From: Candidatus Nanohaloarchaea archaeon
Lineage (GTDB): Archaea > Nanohalarchaeota > Nanosalinia > Nanosalinales > Nanosalinaceae
DNA: 64,000 bases
Reading direction: 5' to 3'
Assembly (NCBI GenBank): GCA_014297435.1
Contig: JACOQA010000004.1
Location: forward strand, 76,180 to 140,179
Part shown: in pieces, positions 39,895 to 49,150 of the stretch
How the letters are laid out: each line of letters begins with the position of its first letter
How positions within the stretch are numbered: the stretch's first letter is position 1
Made by a program: the position numbers and the translations under genes
Notes under the pieces: model-generated
What the model saw: the letters and a program-made list of their open reading frames with translations, nothing else
Database searches by the model: none
What the model was told of the DNA's origin: nothing

Positions 39895-40422
39895 GTGAAA
39901 CCCGGAACCACAATCTTTCTTATTCTATGTATAACTGCTTCAGGATGCATATCCACGGATAAAAGCCCTGAAAATAGAGAAAAGAATCTTTCTGTCGAAG
40001 TTTCCAGAGTTGTTGACGGAGATACTGTAGAAGTAGTTTTGAATGGTTCTAAGGAAGACATCCGTTTGATCGGGGTTGATACGCCGGAAGTGCATGTAGA
40101 GGTTGATCCCGCAGAGTACGAGGGAATACCAACAAATGAAACAGGAGAAAAGTGTTTGGAGAAATGGGGCGAAAAAGCTTCTAACTACGCAAAAGGCAGG
40201 ATTTCCGGAACAGTAGAGTTGGAGGTCTCAACTAATAGCGGTAAAATTGATAGAGGCAGTTATGACAGAATTCTCGGCGAAATATGGGTAAATAATACGT
40301 CTTTTAACCGTCAACTGGTTCTAGATGGTTATGCGCGTTCTTACTCTACTGATGGTCCTTACATGCGTGAAGAGGTTGAAGCGATCAGGAATAATAGAGG
40401 TCTGTGGGGTTGTACGGGTTGA
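39895..40422 (+). CDS. Thermonuclease (SNase-like) lipoprotein
   Basis: Lipobox ASGC; VVDGDT, IRLIGVDTPE, YDRIL, RGLW. Confidence 0.93.
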   Translation: MKPGTTIFLILCITASGCISTDKSPENREKNLSVEVSRVVDGDTVEVVLNGSKEDIRLIGVDTPEVHVEVDPAEYEGIPTNETGEKCLEKWGEKASNYAKGRISGTVELEVSTNSGKIDRGSYDRILGEIWVNNTSFNRQLVLDGYARSYSTDGPYMREEVEAIRNNRGLWGCTG

Positions 40423-40453
40423 AGTTAAGAAGATTTCCAACTAGTAAAGTTTT

Positions 40454-40849
40454 ATGAGCGATTACGAAGACCTTCTCGACAAAGGACTGGAAGAAGCCGA
40501 TGAAACATCACAGGGAGAACGTTTCGAGCTACCTGAGGCAGAGACCAGGAAAGAAGGATCAAAAACCATTCTTGAGAACTTCAAGGAAATTGCGGAAACC
40601 GTTGGAAGAGAGGAGAAACATTTCTCAAAGTTTATCCAAGACGAATTAGGTACCAACGGTCACATCGAAGGCTCCGAACTTGTGTTGAACGGAGAGTTCA
40701 GAAGAGGTAATGTTAACGGAAGGATCGAGAACTATGCTAGAGACTGGGTTTACTGTCCAGAGTGCGAGTCTCCAGACACGAAGATTGTGAAGGAGAAAGG
40801 CGTAGAAATGATGAAATGTCAGGCTTGTGGAGCTAGAAATCCCGTCTGA
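40454..40849 (+). CDS. eif2b: Translation initiation factor aIF-2 beta
   Basis: ERFELP, CPECESPDT...CQACGA. Confidence 0.96.
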   Translation: MSDYEDLLDKGLEEADETSQGERFELPEAETRKEGSKTILENFKEIAETVGREEKHFSKFIQDELGTNGHIEGSELVLNGEFRRGNVNGRIENYARDWVYCPECESPDTKIVKEKGVEMMKCQACGARNPV

Positions 40850-40970
40850 GACTTGAAGAGTCTGAAAGCCCGACCTCTTTTATAAAGGTTTCCTGTCATT
40901 TAGGTGACAAGGTGTAGGGAGTGGCAGGTTTGAAGCCTCTTCTCCTAATTCAATTTTCAGGTGTAACACT

Positions 40971-41201
40971 ATGAACGATCAAGCTAACGCACAGCAAGTT
41001 ATGCAGGTAATGCAGCAGAAGCTAGGAAACCTAGAACTAACAACACACGCACTTCTTTCCGTACTACAGGAAAAAGATATTGTAGACCAGGAAGAAGTTA
41101 ACGAGGAAGCTCAGAAGATTGTCGAAGAGATGCAGGAACAGCAGGCAGAGATGGGCGACCAGATGGGAGACCTAGAAGATCAGCTAGAGGACGACGAGTA
41201 A
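40971..41201 (+). CDS. Hypothetical acidic helical protein
   Basis: AGGTG SD and TATA at about 40879; 76 aa. Confidence 0.75.
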   Translation: MNDQANAQQVMQVMQQKLGNLELTTHALLSVLQEKDIVDQEEVNEEAQKIVEEMQEQQAEMGDQMGDLEDQLEDDE

Positions 41202-41309
41202 TATCGTCGTTTTCCCTTTCTACGTTTCTGAATTATTAATTTAGATCAGCGCCAGTTCAGCCAAATTCTACGAAAGAACTTATATGATTTATTGTTCTAT
41301 AATGACAAC

Positions 41310-41588
41310 ATGTCCACCATCCGAAGGAAAGTTGAACCTGAAGACTTCATATCAGATGACAAAGATTCGGACAGAGAGTACAGAACAATCGAATATGAAG
41401 GAAAAAAGCTAATTGTTTCCGAGCTCAAACTAAACTATGGCGATGGAGTAGCGGATGTTCCAGGCTATCTAGAAGAAGAAACAAACAGTGTTAACCCGGT
41501 GCCAGAAGAAGATAGGGAAGAGATCCAAGATTTAGTTCAAGCCTCATCCCCCAACAACCTAGAGAAAGACGATATACTGTTCTGGTAA
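41310..41588 (+). CDS. Hypothetical acidic protein
   Basis: ORF from MSTIRR; TTATAT box upstream. Confidence 0.6.
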   Translation: MSTIRRKVEPEDFISDDKDSDREYRTIEYEGKKLIVSELKLNYGDGVADVPGYLEEETNSVNPVPEEDREEIQDLVQASSPNNLEKDDILFW

Positions 41589-41591
41589 AAC

Positions 41592-42245
41592 CTACATTTC
41601 TCCATACTTTTCACAAAGCTCACAGCTATCCTCTCTTGCTGTACAGCCATTCCTGCCGTGCGTAATCAGAAGGATGTGAAACGGATACTTGATATCATCA
41701 GGAACTTTTTCCTCCATAATCTCATGTGTTTTACTTCTCGAGCACCCTTCCGGAACTAAACCTAATCTCTGAGAAAGCCTGTGTACATGTGTGTCCACTG
41801 GGAAGGTCGGCATTCCGAAATGGAAACAAAGTATTACTGAAGCTGTCTTCGGTCCGATTCCAGGTATCTCGGTCAACCAGTTCTTCGCCTCCTCCACATT
41901 CATGTCGTTGAGAAACTCGATGGAGTATTCTCCATCGTTCTCTTTCCTGATTATCTTCAAAGCCTTCTGGATTCGCTCTGCCTTTGTAGGTCCAAGACCT
42001 ACAATACGTATAGTCTCCGTCAACTCGTCGTGCGGAGCGTTCTCAATCGCTTCATAGTCATCTCCGTACTCTTCTTTGAGGTTCCGGAAGCCTTTATCGC
42101 GGTTGATATCGTTGGTGTTCTGGGAGAGAATTGTTTCAATAACCCAGTCGATACCTGACTTTTGATCAGGTCTCTCAGGTTCACCGTACCTCCCAAGAAG
42201 ATCTTGGTAAATTTCCCGTATTTTTTCTTGTTCGTCCATAAACAT
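41592..42245 (-). CDS. nth: Endonuclease III (HhH-GPD glycosylase)
   Basis: ILSQNT, IPGIGPKTA, FPVDTHV.R. Confidence 0.93.
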   Translation of the reverse strand: MFMDEQEKIREIYQDLLGRYGEPERPDQKSGIDWVIETILSQNTNDINRDKGFRNLKEEYGDDYEAIENAPHDELTETIRIVGLGPTKAERIQKALKIIRKENDGEYSIEFLNDMNVEEAKNWLTEIPGIGPKTASVILCFHFGMPTFPVDTHVHRLSQRLGLVPEGCSRSKTHEIMEEKVPDDIKYPFHILLITHGRNGCTAREDSCELCEKYGEM

Positions 42246-42268
42246 CGATTTGGTCGAGAAGTTTCAAA

Positions 42269-43147
42269 TTAGTTCGACCTACCTAATTGTAAGCCGTAAA
42301 ACCTCTCAAGTATTGATCTGTTAGGATCGAAACCGCCAACAAACTTGCCCGGAAGTTTTTTGGAAAGATCTCTCTGACCTCTAAGATAAACTTCACCCTC
42401 CAGCCCCTCTAAGACTTGTCTGATCTCATTAAGATGCGATTCAATTTGCTCCTCACGTTTCTTTTCAAAACGTCCCTGTGAGAAACCGCCTTTACCATGT
42501 TCACGGTCAATTCTGGACTTCAGAACCTCAACTTCTTCGAATCCCCCACCTTTCTCGGTATAAATATAGGTTTCTCCGGCTGAAACAAGTGTGAAGTATT
42601 TCTTTCTCTTGAAGAATTCCATTATTGGCTCGACATCAAATTTTTCTTCGATAGAGAACTTTTCGGGGTAGAAAGGCGCCACCTTTAGAATAAATGATCC
42701 TAGCTCCTCATCGATAAACGCAACAAAACCATTCTCGCCCTGAATCCGCGAATACTGGTTTTTCGTAATAGAGTTCTTGATCGAACGAAGATCTCTATGA
42801 TCTTCAAGCTTACCGGGACTGTAAATACTGACTAGTTCGCCGCCTCCTGACTCAATAGTCGATAGCTTTTCCAAGAGTCTTCTGGCAGAATTGTAGTCCA
42901 AGTTCTCGAATGTCCCATCCCATTCTTCCTCTTCCTCTTCGACCTCATTATCTTTATCCTGTTTGTCTTTCAGCCGGTTAAGCTCTTCTTCGGCCTCCTG
43001 TTTCTTCCTGGAAAGTTCTTTCCGTCTTTCCTCTTCAGCCTTAAAACGGTTCCTCCAGCTTTCTTTGTCCTGTTTTTCCTCTTCAAGCTTCTGTTCGAGC
43101 TCTTCGATTCTTTCCTCAAGTTCTTCTGTGTTCCAGGGAAGCTTCAT
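42269..43147 (-). CDS. acVLRF1/Vms1-like release-factor family protein with N-terminal coiled coil
   Basis: HGKGGFSQGRF catalytic-loop motif. Confidence 0.82.
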   Translation of the reverse strand: MKLPWNTEELEERIEELEQKLEEEKQDKESWRNRFKAEEERRKELSRKKQEAEEELNRLKDKQDKDNEVEEEEEEWDGTFENLDYNSARRLLEKLSTIESGGGELVSIYSPGKLEDHRDLRSIKNSITKNQYSRIQGENGFVAFIDEELGSFILKVAPFYPEKFSIEEKFDVEPIMEFFKRKKYFTLVSAGETYIYTEKGGGFEEVEVLKSRIDREHGKGGFSQGRFEKKREEQIESHLNEIRQVLEGLEGEVYLRGQRDLSKKLPGKFVGGFDPNRSILERFYGLQLGRSN

Positions 43148-43235
43148 GGTTTCAGGTACTTCTCCACGGGTTTAAAGCCTTGTACAGCGGAAAAGTTAAA
43201 AAGGTAGTCGATAACTTCTGGATGTGGGATAAGAC

Positions 43236-43538
43236 ATGACTGCAAAGACTGTTGAGGAACTTTCACCCGAGGACGACGATATTGAAATCGAAGGAAAAAT
43301 TGCCGAACTACCGACTCCACGTGCCGTGACCACCCAGTACGGCCAGAAAAAAATTACTACCGTAGTTTTCGAGGACGAGACCGGAAAGATCGACCTCACC
43401 CTCTGGGAAGAGGAAATTGAGGCAGTTGAAGAGGGCGCAAGCGTCAGGATAGAAGGCGCCTACGTCCGTGAATGGGCTGACGATATTCAGCTCAACATCG
43501 GCCGCGATGGAAACATCGAACAGGTAGAAGAGGAATAA
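43236..43538 (+). CDS. Single OB-fold ssDNA-binding protein
   Basis: DETGKIDLTLW...GAYV...QLNIGRDG. Confidence 0.9.
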   Translation: MTAKTVEELSPEDDDIEIEGKIAELPTPRAVTTQYGQKKITTVVFEDETGKIDLTLWEEEIEAVEEGASVRIEGAYVREWADDIQLNIGRDGNIEQVEEE

Positions 43539-43634
43539 ACTAGAAACCCGGGACCGGAAAGTCCCTCACAACCTTAACTTCTATTTCTATATACTGGGAT
43601 TTTTAACTTCTCAGCATCAAACTTGGCATAAAGG

Positions 43635-44723
43635 ATGGGAATCGAGGAACGTATACAGGAGCTTGAGGACAAACTTGAGGAAACTCCTGTCAACAAAGCA
43701 ACGGAGACTGAGAGAGGTCGTATCAAGGGCCAGATCGCTGACCTGAAGGAGGAGAAGCAAAAGAAGCAGAAAAGTACCGAAGACACTTCCGGATACGCTG
43801 TTGAGAAGAAAGGCGATGCCACAGTCGCACTTGTAGGATTCCCGAGTGTCGGAAAATCTTCTTTACTCAATAAACTTACTAACGCTGATTCCGAGACAGG
43901 GGAATACGAGTTCACAACCTTAGATGTCGAGCCCGGCATGTTGAAACATAGAGGCGCAAACATACAGATACTTGACGTACCTGGCTTGATTGGAGGTGCC
44001 GCAGATGGTAGAGGTGGAGGACAACAGGTTCTCTCTGTTGTCAGAAACGCCGACCTGATTCTATACATGCTTGACCCCGAGGAGATGAGAGAAGAGGAGA
44101 TCAAACAGGAGATATACAACGTCGGAATACGTACAAATATCGAACCCCCGAACATGAAGGTGGAGAAGAAAGGAAAAGGCGGTATAACAGTCTCCTCAAC
44201 TGTAGACCTAGATATTGAACACGATACTGTCGAAAGCATTATGCATCAGAAAGGTTTCGTAAATGCTAACGTTACTATAAGAGAGGAAATGGATCTTGAC
44301 CGTTTTATCGACGGTTTAATGAACAACAGGAAGTACATTCCTGCAATTACCACAGTTAACAAGATAGATCTGATTGATTCCAGTAAAGTAAATGATTACG
44401 AGGAAGAGTACGATTTACTTATATCTGCGAAGGACGGAAAGAATCTCGATGAGCTGAAGGATTTGATCTTCGAGGGACTAGGGCTTATCAGGATCTACAT
44501 GAAGGAAAAAGGCGAAGAAGCCGACAAAGACGACCCCCTGATTCTTAGAGAAGGAGATACCGTTGAAAGTGCGCTTGAAACACTTCCCGGTGATATGAAG
44601 GATCGTTTCAAGAAAGCCAAAGTCACAGGTCCTTCATCGAAGTTCCCTAACCAAAAGGTGGGAGTAGAGCATGAGTTGATGGACGAAGATGTTCTTGAGT
44701 TAAACTTGAGGCATCTTAGTTGA
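43635..44723 (+). CDS. DRG/Rbg1 family GTPase with TGS domain
   Basis: NKATE, GFPSVGKS, YEFTT, DVPGLI, NKID, TGS tail. Confidence 0.96.
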   Translation: MGIEERIQELEDKLEETPVNKATETERGRIKGQIADLKEEKQKKQKSTEDTSGYAVEKKGDATVALVGFPSVGKSSLLNKLTNADSETGEYEFTTLDVEPGMLKHRGANIQILDVPGLIGGAADGRGGGQQVLSVVRNADLILYMLDPEEMREEEIKQEIYNVGIRTNIEPPNMKVEKKGKGGITVSSTVDLDIEHDTVESIMHQKGFVNANVTIREEMDLDRFIDGLMNNRKYIPAITTVNKIDLIDSSKVNDYEEEYDLLISAKDGKNLDELKDLIFEGLGLIRIYMKEKGEEADKDDPLILREGDTVESALETLPGDMKDRFKKAKVTGPSSKFPNQKVGVEHELMDEDVLELNLRHLS

Positions 44724-44758
44724 ATAAAAATAAAGAGAGAAAATTCCAGAGGATTTCT

Positions 44759-45076
44759 TTACTCTTCATCACTACGCTTTTCCTGTTCTCTTTCGATTAG
44801 GTCTCTGAGCGCGGAGGCTAGGAATCCTAATGTAATAGCGTCGCCTACAATTTTTAGCGAAGGGAATGCTAGTGGACCCATCTTGAGGAGACCTCCTTGA
44901 GTGTCGATAAGCGGTGTAAACATCATAATCGAGAATACCGCTGTGGCTGCCGCAACTTTAATACTCAGTCTCTCCTCGAAGTCCTTGTGGTACACATCAA
45001 GATACCAGATTGTAAGCATTGCAGCCACAAGTCCTCCTGCGCCTATAAATGCACTTATGAGCGTATAAGTTTCCAT
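44759..45076 (-). CDS. Three-TM membrane protein
   Basis: Hydrophobic helices. Confidence 0.7.
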   Translation of the reverse strand: METYTLISAFIGAGGLVAAMLTIWYLDVYHKDFEERLSIKVAAATAVFSIMMFTPLIDTQGGLLKMGPLAFPSLKIVGDAITLGFLASALRDLIEREQEKRSDEE

Positions 45077-45175
45077 AAAGTCGAATTAGCTAAGCTCAGT
45101 TTTAAACCTTCCCTAAAAACGTATTACAAAAACCCTCTATTTTTGGAGCTTAAACCATTTTTGTATTACATATTT

Positions 45176-45227
45176 CTAGCGGAAGTAACGGAAAGGTACG
45201 TCTCCCTGTTTTAAACTACCGGAAGTA
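45176..45227 (+). promoter_or_regulatory. Direct repeats CTA(G/C)CGGAAGTA, possible mini-ORB/Orc1 sites
   Basis: Copies at 45176-45187 and 45216-45227; an inverted core copy at 46275-46284. Confidence 0.5.
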
Positions 45228-45237
45228 TTATAGTTCC

Positions 45238-46257
45238 GTGAGAACTCCGAACACTGTTATAGAGGACGCGAGGGTGCTAACAGCCGACTTTCTGCCGAAC
45301 AGAATGGTTCACAGGAACTCACAGCTCAACGAGATAAAACGCTGCCTCGAACCCATACTCGACGGAAAGAACCCGAGAAACATGCTGCTCTACGGACCTC
45401 CAGGAACCGGAAAATCAACCATGGCAGAGTACGTAGTCGATGAACTACAGAAACACTCCTCCACAGTTGTGTGGGGAAGCGTCAACTGCTGGAGATACCC
45501 CTCAAGATTCAAAGTATACTACAACCTACTACAGGACATAGGAGTCAACCTGATCCACAGGACAGGAACACCTACGGACGAACTGGTTGACAAGTTCAGG
45601 GAAAAAGTATCGGGAAGACCGAGCATCGTTATACTCGATGAGGTAGACCAGATCGAAGAGGAAAGAATACTCTACGACTTTGCCCGAGAAAACAACATAG
45701 GGTTGATAATGATCGCCAACAAGGAAACCGCATTATACGATGTCGACCAGAGAATAAGATCCTCTCTGGAAGGAACCAAAGAAGTACGTTTCCCAGCCTA
45801 CCCGCAAGAAGAACTAGTCGACATCCTAAAGGATAGGAGGAAGTGGGGTTTGAGAAAAGAGGCTGTAGACAACCAGCAACTAAACAGAATCGCTTCAAGA
45901 GCGGATGGTGACGCCCGGGTTGCGATAAACGGTTTGAGGATTGCTGCGGAAGAAGCAGAGAACAGGGACATGGAAGAAATTACTGACGCAATAGTCGAGA
46001 ACGCCCTGCCGCAAGCCGAAGAAGAGAACAAATCCAAGTCAGTCGATAAGTTAAACGGACACCAGGAAGTTCTCTACGAGATCATTAAGGAAGAGGGAGA
46101 GATTTCTCCAGGCGAACTGTACGAGGAGTACGAGGAAAAGGTGGATGATCCGAAGACCGAAAGAACCCGAAGGAAGTACTTGAAGAAGATGGATCACTAC
46201 CGCTTGATCGAGTCAGAAGGAGAAGGTCGTTGGAGGAAGTACCGGTTACAGGAGTAG
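45238..46257 (+). CDS. cdc6: Orc1/Cdc6 replication initiator
   Basis: GPPGTGKST, VNC, ILDEVD, F.AY...L..IL..R, GDAR, WH. Confidence 0.96.
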   Translation: MRTPNTVIEDARVLTADFLPNRMVHRNSQLNEIKRCLEPILDGKNPRNMLLYGPPGTGKSTMAEYVVDELQKHSSTVVWGSVNCWRYPSRFKVYYNLLQDIGVNLIHRTGTPTDELVDKFREKVSGRPSIVILDEVDQIEEERILYDFARENNIGLIMIANKETALYDVDQRIRSSLEGTKEVRFPAYPQEELVDILKDRRKWGLRKEAVDNQQLNRIASRADGDARVAINGLRIAAEEAENRDMEEITDAIVENALPQAEEENKSKSVDKLNGHQEVLYEIIKEEGEISPGELYEEYEEKVDDPKTERTRRKYLKKMDHYRLIESEGEGRWRKYRLQE

Positions 46258-46328
46258 AGATTTTTTCTATCGGAACTTCCGGTAACCTCCTCGTTTGTTT
46301 ATAAACCGAGTCTTGTCCTTTGAAAGAT

Positions 46329-46523
46329 ATGTCCGCAAACATTCGTGCCTACGAGGACCATTTCGAGTACCTTCCCGAGAAGGAGAAAAAAGCCGTAAAA
46401 CAGCTCTTAGATGCCGAAGAAGAGGATAAGGTTCCTATGATGATCGTGAAACAGGTCGACCGCAACAAGATGTATGAGGAAGAAGAAAACCACACTATAT
46501 CTAGGATGCGAAGAAAGCCTTAG
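46329..46523 (+). CDS. Hypothetical protein
   Basis: ATG at 46329; TTTATAAA about 25 nt upstream. Confidence 0.6.
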   Translation: MSANIRAYEDHFEYLPEKEKKAVKQLLDAEEEDKVPMMIVKQVDRNKMYEEEENHTISRMRRKP

Positions 46524-46602
46524 AAACCTTTATGAACTCCGCAAAACGATTAGAACGGTTTTCAAGAGCAAGGGTTTATAAGCGTGCAGGGGGATTTTTA
46601 GC

Positions 46603-46713
46603 ATGATGCAAACCGATTTCATGGATGAGACTGGTCGACAGATTCCGGTCGAGTTCGAACAGGGAAACCTCTTTTCCCGCGCGGTAAGCAAACTAATGGG
46701 TTTCAGAAACTAG
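46603..46713 (+). CDS. Small protein (36 aa; not in the ORF track)
   Basis: MMQTDFMDETGRQIPVEFEQGNLFSRAVSKLMGFRN; TTTATAAG at 46575-46582. Confidence 0.6.
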   Translation: MMQTDFMDETGRQIPVEFEQGNLFSRAVSKLMGFRN

Positions 46714-46829
46714 GGAGGGGAACCCGACCCGAGATTTCTTCTTTTCTATTATCAACCAGTTAATTGTAGATCAACCCGCTTAAATCTTTCCGATAAAGCT
46801 CTAATACCATTTGAACAGTTATACTACAT

Positions 46830-47075
46830 ATGGGGAAGGCGGATATACTTGAAGACGAAGATATTGAAGAAATCTATGTAGAAGTCCGAGGTTCGGGCGA
46901 GACTTATGAAACAGTCTTAGAGAAACTTGGGGAGCTAAGTATTGATTACAACGAATCAGAAGATCCTTCAACCTATACTACAGGCGTGGTAATGAAAGTG
47001 AATCCTGAGAAAGGTCTTGGAGGAAAATTTAAAGGAGAAGAGGCGTTGGACGCCTTAAACGTTTTACTCGAGTAG
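46830..47075 (+). CDS. Hypothetical acidic protein
   Basis: 81-aa ORF. Confidence 0.6.
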   Translation: MGKADILEDEDIEEIYVEVRGSGETYETVLEKLGELSIDYNESEDPSTYTTGVVMKVNPEKGLGGKFKGEEALDALNVLLE

Positions 47076-47438
47076 TTCTCCGTTTACAACTCCTTCCTGC
47101 CCAGGTCTTGAAGTAATTCTGGCCTTTCCTTCAGAAGTTGTTACGATTGCGCCCTTGGTTAGTAGCGAACGTCTTACGAAGTTAGGGTTCGCATCGTTCT
47201 CTTCAACTGCTTCGATATCTGCGCTTACAACACCATCATCGGTTGCGAGGTTGATTGTCTCAGCGCCCTTTACTACGTTTTTGTTGTTTCCTCCGCGAGT
47301 ATCTTTTTTCTCCACCTTCTTTTCATCGAGCTGCGGTTCCGAGAACTCGGATCCCAGGTCGTGTTTCCGGGACTTTCTGTAGCTTCGTGTTCTTCCGCCC
47401 GTCTTCTTTCTTCCGTTCTGTCTGTGCCAGATTGCCAT
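47064..47438 (-). CDS. rps8e: 30S ribosomal protein S8e
   Basis: RKKTGGR, RGGN, NPNFVRR, TSRPGQEGVVNG. Confidence 0.98.
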   Translation of the reverse strand: MAIWHRQNGRKKTGGRTRSYRKSRKHDLGSEFSEPQLDEKKVEKKDTRGGNNKNVVKGAETINLATDDGVVSADIEAVEENDANPNFVRRSLLTKGAIVTTSEGKARITSRPGQEGVVNGELLE

Positions 47439-47584
47439 ACAGTAATGCTCTAGCTGAAATTTTATAAAAACCTCTCTAACCCTTCAACTCCACGGATATA
47501 CGGCGTTATATCCGCCTCAGAACGTGGCACAGGGCAGGGTTTATATAAGTTGTAGGAAGAACTTCGGTTATAGGTGTTTCTAAG

Positions 47585-47821
47585 ATGGGAGACAACGACG
47601 ACGGAAAGAGGCCACTCGACGTACTAGATACTGCAAAAGGAGACAGAGTAATCGCAAAACTGAAAGGCGGCCAGACAGTTTCCGGCAACCTGAAGGCTTT
47701 CGACCTCCACCTCAACATGTGGCTCGAAGAAGCTTCAGTCACGGATGAAGACGGAGGACAGACAGACTACGGAAAACTCTTGATCAGAGGCGACAACGTA
47801 ATACTAGTCAGCCCGGAGTGA
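47585..47821 (+). CDS. Sm-like archaeal protein (Lsm/SmAP1)
   Basis: [23 protein letters not shown]. Confidence 0.96.
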   Translation: MGDNDDGKRPLDVLDTAKGDRVIAKLKGGQTVSGNLKAFDLHLNMWLEEASVTDEDGGQTDYGKLLIRGDNVILVSPE

Positions 47822-47828
47822 TTCAATA

Positions 47829-47984
47829 ATGGGATTAAACAAAGGAAAACGTAACAAGAAGACTCACGGTAAGTGCCGCAGATGCGGCAACAAGTCGTTC
47901 CACCTCAGGAAGAAAGAATGTGCTTCCTGCGGATTCGGAAAGACAAAGAAGATGAACAAGCCAGAGAAAAAGAGGAAAGCATAA
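47829..47984 (+). CDS. rpl37e: 50S ribosomal protein L37e (not in the ORF track)
   Basis: [39 protein letters not shown]...; canonical lsm-rpl37e pair. Confidence 0.96.
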   Translation: MGLNKGKRNKKTHGKCRRCGNKSFHLRKKECASCGFGKTKKMNKPEKKRKA

Positions 47985-48214
47985 TGGAGAAGAACTACTC
48001 GGTAATCATTCTCTCCGCAGCGGGAGACTTCCTTGTTGAAGAGGAAGACCAGCTGGAGAAAAAGGAGAAAGGTGTAGTAGCCAGAAAGCCTTACATCTAC
48101 ACCGAAGAGGATGAAGCTCAGAGGATCGATGCCGAGAAGATCTTCGTTCCGTACAGTTCGATGGACAACATCCAATACGGCGAGTTCGACATCGAAACTG
48201 TCGAGCTAGAATAA
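47984..48214 (+). CDS. Hypothetical small beta protein
   Basis: Starts at the TAATG overlap with rpl37e (MEKNYSV...). Confidence 0.7.
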   Translation: MEKNYSVIILSAAGDFLVEEEDQLEKKEKGVVARKPYIYTEEDEAQRIDAEKIFVPYSSMDNIQYGEFDIETVELE

Positions 48215-48262
48215 AGGTATCTCCCATCAAAGGGGCATTTGAGCCCTTTCTTATCTTTTGAT

Positions 48263-48336
48263 GGGCCCGTAGCTCAGTCTGGCAGAGCACCGGCCTTTTA
48301 AGCCGGGCGTCGCGGGTTCAAATCCCGTCGGGCCCA
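48263..48336 (+). tRNA. tRNA-Lys(UUU)
   Basis: GGGCCCG/CGGGCCC acceptor, CCGGC-CTTTTAA-GCCGG anticodon arm, GGTTCAAATCC; no CCA. Confidence 0.97.
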
Positions 48337-48360
48337 ATTTCAATAAAAAACCCTGTTTCT

Positions 48361-48837
48361 TCAGAAACCTACACTTCTCTTAACAATTCTACTAATTTTG
48401 GTCAGCTTTCCTGCGATACTCAAACGCCCAATATAGGCTCCTAGGAGAGCCTCTTCTTCGAAAGGCAGGAACTCAGCGATAGCTCTACCTACCCGTGCCT
48501 CACGCATGATTGAGAATACAGGGATTATTAACAAGAAGTCGAGCCAGTGCTGTTCGAAGAACTGTTTTCTTGAGGTTGCAAGTCTTGCCGCCACCACAAG
48601 CCGGGCACTGAAGTAGATTATTAGTCCGTAGTTCAGTAAGTTGACCGCTGTTCGAGTTCCTGGGTTGACAGGCAGCACAAACATGACTGTGATTATTGAT
48701 CCTATGCCGATTAATGCAAATGGAAGCAGTTGATCTAGGATTTTCTTGGCTCTAGAAGCTCTTTTCTGGGAAAATCTGGACTCTAGACCTTCCTCGATGT
48801 TTTCGACTCCTTCTCTGTAGTCTTCTTCCAGACCCAT
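48361..48837 (-). CDS. Membrane protein resembling an ion-channel S1-S4 (voltage-sensor-like) segment with no pore
   Basis: FFEQHWLDFLLIIP...MREARVGR; C-terminal K/R every third residue. Confidence 0.65.
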   Translation of the reverse strand: MGLEEDYREGVENIEEGLESRFSQKRASRAKKILDQLLPFALIGIGSIITVMFVLPVNPGTRTAVNLLNYGLIIYFSARLVVAARLATSRKQFFEQHWLDFLLIIPVFSIMREARVGRAIAEFLPFEEEALLGAYIGRLSIAGKLTKISRIVKRSVGF

Positions 48838-48956
48838 TAAAGATGTGTTTAACCCAGGTCCGTCTTAAAACTTGGCGATCTAGAACCTTTTACACGAGGA
48901 AAAGACGGCAAGGAGCAAGACCTTTTAGAATGTTAAGGTTCAAGCCTTGTTTGTAA

Positions 48957-49031
48957 GGACCGGTAGCTTAGCCAGGTTATAGCGCCACGCTGATAACGTG
49001 GAGATCCCCAGTTCAAATCTGGGCCGGTCCA
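48957..49031 (+). tRNA. tRNA-Ile(GAU)
   Basis: GGACCGG/CCGGTCC acceptor, CCACG-CTGATAA-CGTGG, GTTCAAATC; no CCA. Confidence 0.97.
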
Positions 49032-49150
49032 CTCTGATTAATTGTCCTTGCTCTTCTTGACCTGAACTTTGACGTAAAGCTTGGGTTTCTGAGGAAACTT
49101 TCAAGACGACCAAGTTGTTATTAAAAAGTTAATACAGATCGGTATTTTTT

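Noticed and set aside
47440-47584. SRP RNA, often found next to rps8e
   Set aside because: The gap is too short and has no helix-8 motif.
47873-47983. N-terminal part of track ORF 47873..48214
   Set aside because: Overlaps rpl37e in another frame; the true start is 47984.
48905-49066. Imperfect inverted repeats flanking tRNA-Ile
   Set aside because: Short and gapped, and the upstream arm lies before the likely TATA box.
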